From contig JBIKWN010000005.1 of the NCBI GenBank assembly GCA_044356295.1, positions 33,403 through 97,402 on the forward strand: a DNA stretch of 64,000 bases, given 5' to 3'. The notes below the pieces were generated by a model that ran no database searches, was not told where the DNA came from, and saw nothing but the letters and a program-made list of their open reading frames with translations. Both the position numbers and the translations under genes were made by a program. This document shows, in pieces, positions 61,231 through 64,000 of the stretch (position 1 is the stretch's first letter; every line of letters starts with the position of its first letter). This DNA comes from Bdellovibrionota bacterium (lineage in GTDB: Bacteria; Bdellovibrionota_C; UBA2361; JBIKWN01).

Positions 61231-61758
61231 ATGGTAGGAGCAAGTTTTGAATATTCAATAGATCCAGGTTCAAAGGGAGGAGTAGCTTATTATCGGTGGT
61301 ATAAGTTACTGACGTACGCTTTGGTACTCATTGGATTTGTAACTGGAACATACTTTATCTTTTCCGAATACAGTTTACAGAAACGCGGTATTCTTACAGA
61401 GGCTGTCGTAATCGGATATAAAACTATCGAAAGAATGAACGACAACAGATTAGAAAAATCTTATTTGGCCAGATTTAAATTTACTGATATCAAGAGCCAG
61501 ACGATTGAGGTTTCTAATCAGTGGACAAGCAGCTCGCCCTACTGGAGGATAGGTTCGAAAGTCTCAATTGTTTATGACCCAAAGGATCCACAAGTATTTC
61601 GAGTTGATGATTTTTACCATACGTATGGATTAGGTGTTTTTCTTGTCACATTTATGTTGGCATTTTTTGTTTTTTCGAGAATGTTTTTTTGGTTTGTGGA
61701 CAGTAGAGGTTTGATAGGACAACAATCTAATCCAGTGGAGAAAGAAATTATCCGCTGA
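61231..61758 (+). CDS. DUF3592-like membrane protein
   Basis: TM segment, beta region ending IGSKVSIVYDPKDP, second TM segment. Confidence 0.65.
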   Translation: MVGASFEYSIDPGSKGGVAYYRWYKLLTYALVLIGFVTGTYFIFSEYSLQKRGILTEAVVIGYKTIERMNDNRLEKSYLARFKFTDIKSQTIEVSNQWTSSSPYWRIGSKVSIVYDPKDPQVFRVDDFYHTYGLGVFLVTFMLAFFVFSRMFFWFVDSRGLIGQQSNPVEKEIIR

Positions 61759-61969
61759 TTTTAAACGTGACGGTCGTGACGATTACCCGTAAAATCTATG
61801 GATTTGATAAAAAGCCCAATTGGCTCAGAGAGAGAAAGTTAGGCTTTTCTACAGAGCAGTAGCATCACGATTACCTCACAATCTGCGCGCAGGATTCTAA
61901 CAAGGATTTTGCTCTATTCATTGGACTTTAGAGTAGTGATAGAGTGAGGTTTACTCACTGAGCCAAATC

Positions 61970-62236
61970 ATGAAATATACTTATAATATTTTTAAATGTA
62001 GATCGTGTGGACACTTGTTCAAAGTAAGACCCTTACTTGATTCCCATTATATTCCACCACAAAAAAAAATAGAGGTGCTAACTACCATTCCTCCTGATAC
62101 TGCGGTGATATGCGAAAAATGTGGGGGCGTTAATGATAAAAATGACATCTGTTATTGGCGTCAGTTCCTAATGTTAGGTTATTGGCTCCTCATAATATTA
62201 ATTCCGGTAGCCATTTTGCTTTATTTTATAGGGTGA
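61970..62236 (+). CDS. Small zinc-ribbon membrane-anchored hypothetical protein
   Basis: CRSC...CEKC plus a C-terminal TM helix. Confidence 0.5.
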   Translation: MKYTYNIFKCRSCGHLFKVRPLLDSHYIPPQKKIEVLTTIPPDTAVICEKCGGVNDKNDICYWRQFLMLGYWLLIILIPVAILLYFIG

Positions 62237-62245
62237 GTCTGTAAT

Positions 62246-63193
62246 ATGTTTCCAAACGTTAGCAACTTAAAATACAGAGATAATCTTTTCATGAAAATGT
62301 ATCGTCAAATATTTCTTTTCTTATTGATATTCTTATTCGGATCATTTTGCGGCGCACAGAATCATACCATAAATACATTTCGGCTTACCTCTGGTTTTGT
62401 AGCTGTTAGCGCCCCAAATACATTTACCTTGGAAAATAAGATTCTTAAGGATAAAAATGGATCAAATATATCGGCATCAAGAATGCCAATGGTTCGTGAA
62501 AATGCATCAAAATCTTTTGATGAAATTTTTAAATCGATGGCTCTAAGTAGCCGGCCTGGATTTGTATCTATGCAGGAATTATCTTCAAACTCTAGACTGA
62601 TATATTCTAATCCTACATCACAAAATTTTAGTTTTACTTTAGTTCATCAAGTAAATCCTGGGGATATAGGAATTCTTGATGCTACCGGAATGCTGTCGAA
62701 AGAGAGTCAACTCAAAGATCTATTCTTGGATATTCTAAAATCTGCCAAGTGGACACCTCTCGATGAAATCGACTTGTTTGAGGGTTTGCCTTTTTTCATC
62801 AAAAATCACAAAAACTATGGGTGTTTTAGGTTTTTAGATGTAGTTAACTGTATTTCAAGTCTCGATGAGAAATTAATCCATCGTCCCTGGATTCTATTTA
62901 CAACCGTAGACTCGAAATCAAATTCTTTAGATCTGCTGAATACCCAATTCGATTCTTGGGCGGGCATGCGTGATATCGTTCGTGAATCATTGGACGGACT
63001 TACTCCGAATGGTATCGATTCAGCGTTGTATGGACACGCGTATTCACTTCGTTTTAAATCGAAAGTTCATTTATATGCTGCAATCAAAAAGGTTGGGGAT
63101 TTAAAAGTGATGATTCTTTGTGCACAGCCTTATGACCAAAAATTTCAAGTTAATAATTTTCTAAAGCTTATAGATGGGCTCGGGGTAAAATGA
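62246..63193 (+). CDS. Hypothetical exported protein (start probably ATG 62291)
   Basis: Signal-peptide-like MKMYRQIFLFLLIFLFGSFCGA. Confidence 0.55.
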   Translation: MFPNVSNLKYRDNLFMKMYRQIFLFLLIFLFGSFCGAQNHTINTFRLTSGFVAVSAPNTFTLENKILKDKNGSNISASRMPMVRENASKSFDEIFKSMALSSRPGFVSMQELSSNSRLIYSNPTSQNFSFTLVHQVNPGDIGILDATGMLSKESQLKDLFLDILKSAKWTPLDEIDLFEGLPFFIKNHKNYGCFRFLDVVNCISSLDEKLIHRPWILFTTVDSKSNSLDLLNTQFDSWAGMRDIVRESLDGLTPNGIDSALYGHAYSLRFKSKVHLYAAIKKVGDLKVMILCAQPYDQKFQVNNFLKLIDGLGVK

Positions 63194-63419
63194 ATTATAG
63201 GAAACGGTGACACGAATTGTGTTCGTTACAATCAGGCAAAACAAACTTATTGACCCCTTATAAACGGGGGGCGTCACCATTAAACCGTGCTGAGAAACAA
63301 TGCACGAAATTCTGTGGTAATTTTAATTGATTAGCCGCCTTGTTTCCCGCACACTTTAAACACGTACAAAAAATCGAGCAAGTTTCAAGTAAGTATTTGT
63401 AAATGAGGGGTACGATATT

Positions 63420-63923
63420 ATGAGCATCAAAGCGGTAACACAGGCTTTAGCAGAAAGTGGTGTTGATTTAGATCTGTCCATGCCACAGGGACTTGATTTA
63501 CTAGTAGCAGCCTCAAATTATTCTCTTGCAAGGTCGGGCGGCAATCGCACCGCACTATTTGACATGGATGTAGTAGAGACCGGGCATCGACCTGATGGTT
63601 GGGATGCCACTGTGAAGCTTAATGATGATTGTGGAAATTTGGATGGCGTTTCAATTACCTATTCACAATATCCTACAGGGCTTTTGGCGACAGTAACTCT
63701 ACCCAATGGTGACGTTGGACGAGCAGACATGGAGAATCTTCCTTTTCCAGAACTCCCTCAAAGTAATTCATAGAGGCGGAATGAAGATGGCAGTAGGACA
63801 ATTAGTTCCCCTGAAATTGCAGCGTATCGAATGATGGCACCGTCAGCTGCAGCAATAGAAATTGGCTTCCAACTTCATGAGGTGTTCTTTGGAGGCAATA
63901 CAGAGAATTTTCTTGAGGAATAG
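63420..63923 (+). pseudogene. Hypothetical gene with probable internal TAG at 63771-63773
   Basis: The frame stays open for 49 more codons after the TAG (RRNEDGSRTISSPEIAAY...NFLEE*). Confidence 0.45.
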
Positions 63924-64000
63924 TTGAGGCGTATTACAATTCGAATCAACGAGTTTTGCTACCTTCTTAGATTAGTGGTTAATTGAATGATATTATTGGG

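Noticed and set aside
61810..61848. AAAAGCCCAAT...GTTAGGCTTTT as an attC
   Set aside because: It contains GTTAGGC but has only ~17 nt between the arms and no L boxes; it is at most a relic.
62270..62290. AAACGTTAGC as a further cassette boundary
   Set aside because: No upstream hairpin or matching downstream R''; a chance GTT match is likely.

Overview
AT-rich bacterial chromosomal window, possibly from a Bdellovibrionota/SAR324-like deltaproteobacterial lineage (inference only). It has a housekeeping backbone and two accessory zones. Backbone: partial nadB, ribD, greB, an rlmD-family methyltransferase, aroB-aroD, two SNF2 helicases, a citE-family lyase, livH/M/G, leuS, HiPIP, an MBOAT+SGNH pair, large NAD-glutamate dehydrogenase, a partner-switching module and rpmB. 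Accessory zone 1 (about 20.4-29.6 kb) follows tRNA-Asp. It holds decayed TA genes, a PurA paralogue whose aspartate-binding loop is replaced, a sigma-28-type flagellin with a seven-repeat FG-GAP/VCBS insert, and an ECF-like sigma factor with a ~500-aa extension. Two families of small repeats punctuate it, and the flagellin is bracketed by ~105-bp direct repeats. Accessory zone 2 (about 55.9-64 kb) holds an integron-type cassette array with no integrase in the window. It has two canonical attC sites with extrahelical bases, degenerate attC sites, an inverted vapBC cassette with exactly complementary ends, and a downstream tail of orphan genes and gene relics. Separately, an ACT-domain protein and a divergent Bacteroidetes-type ArgA-like GNAT share two ATGTT-N8-AACAT boxes. 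All calls come from reading the sequence; no database searches were run.
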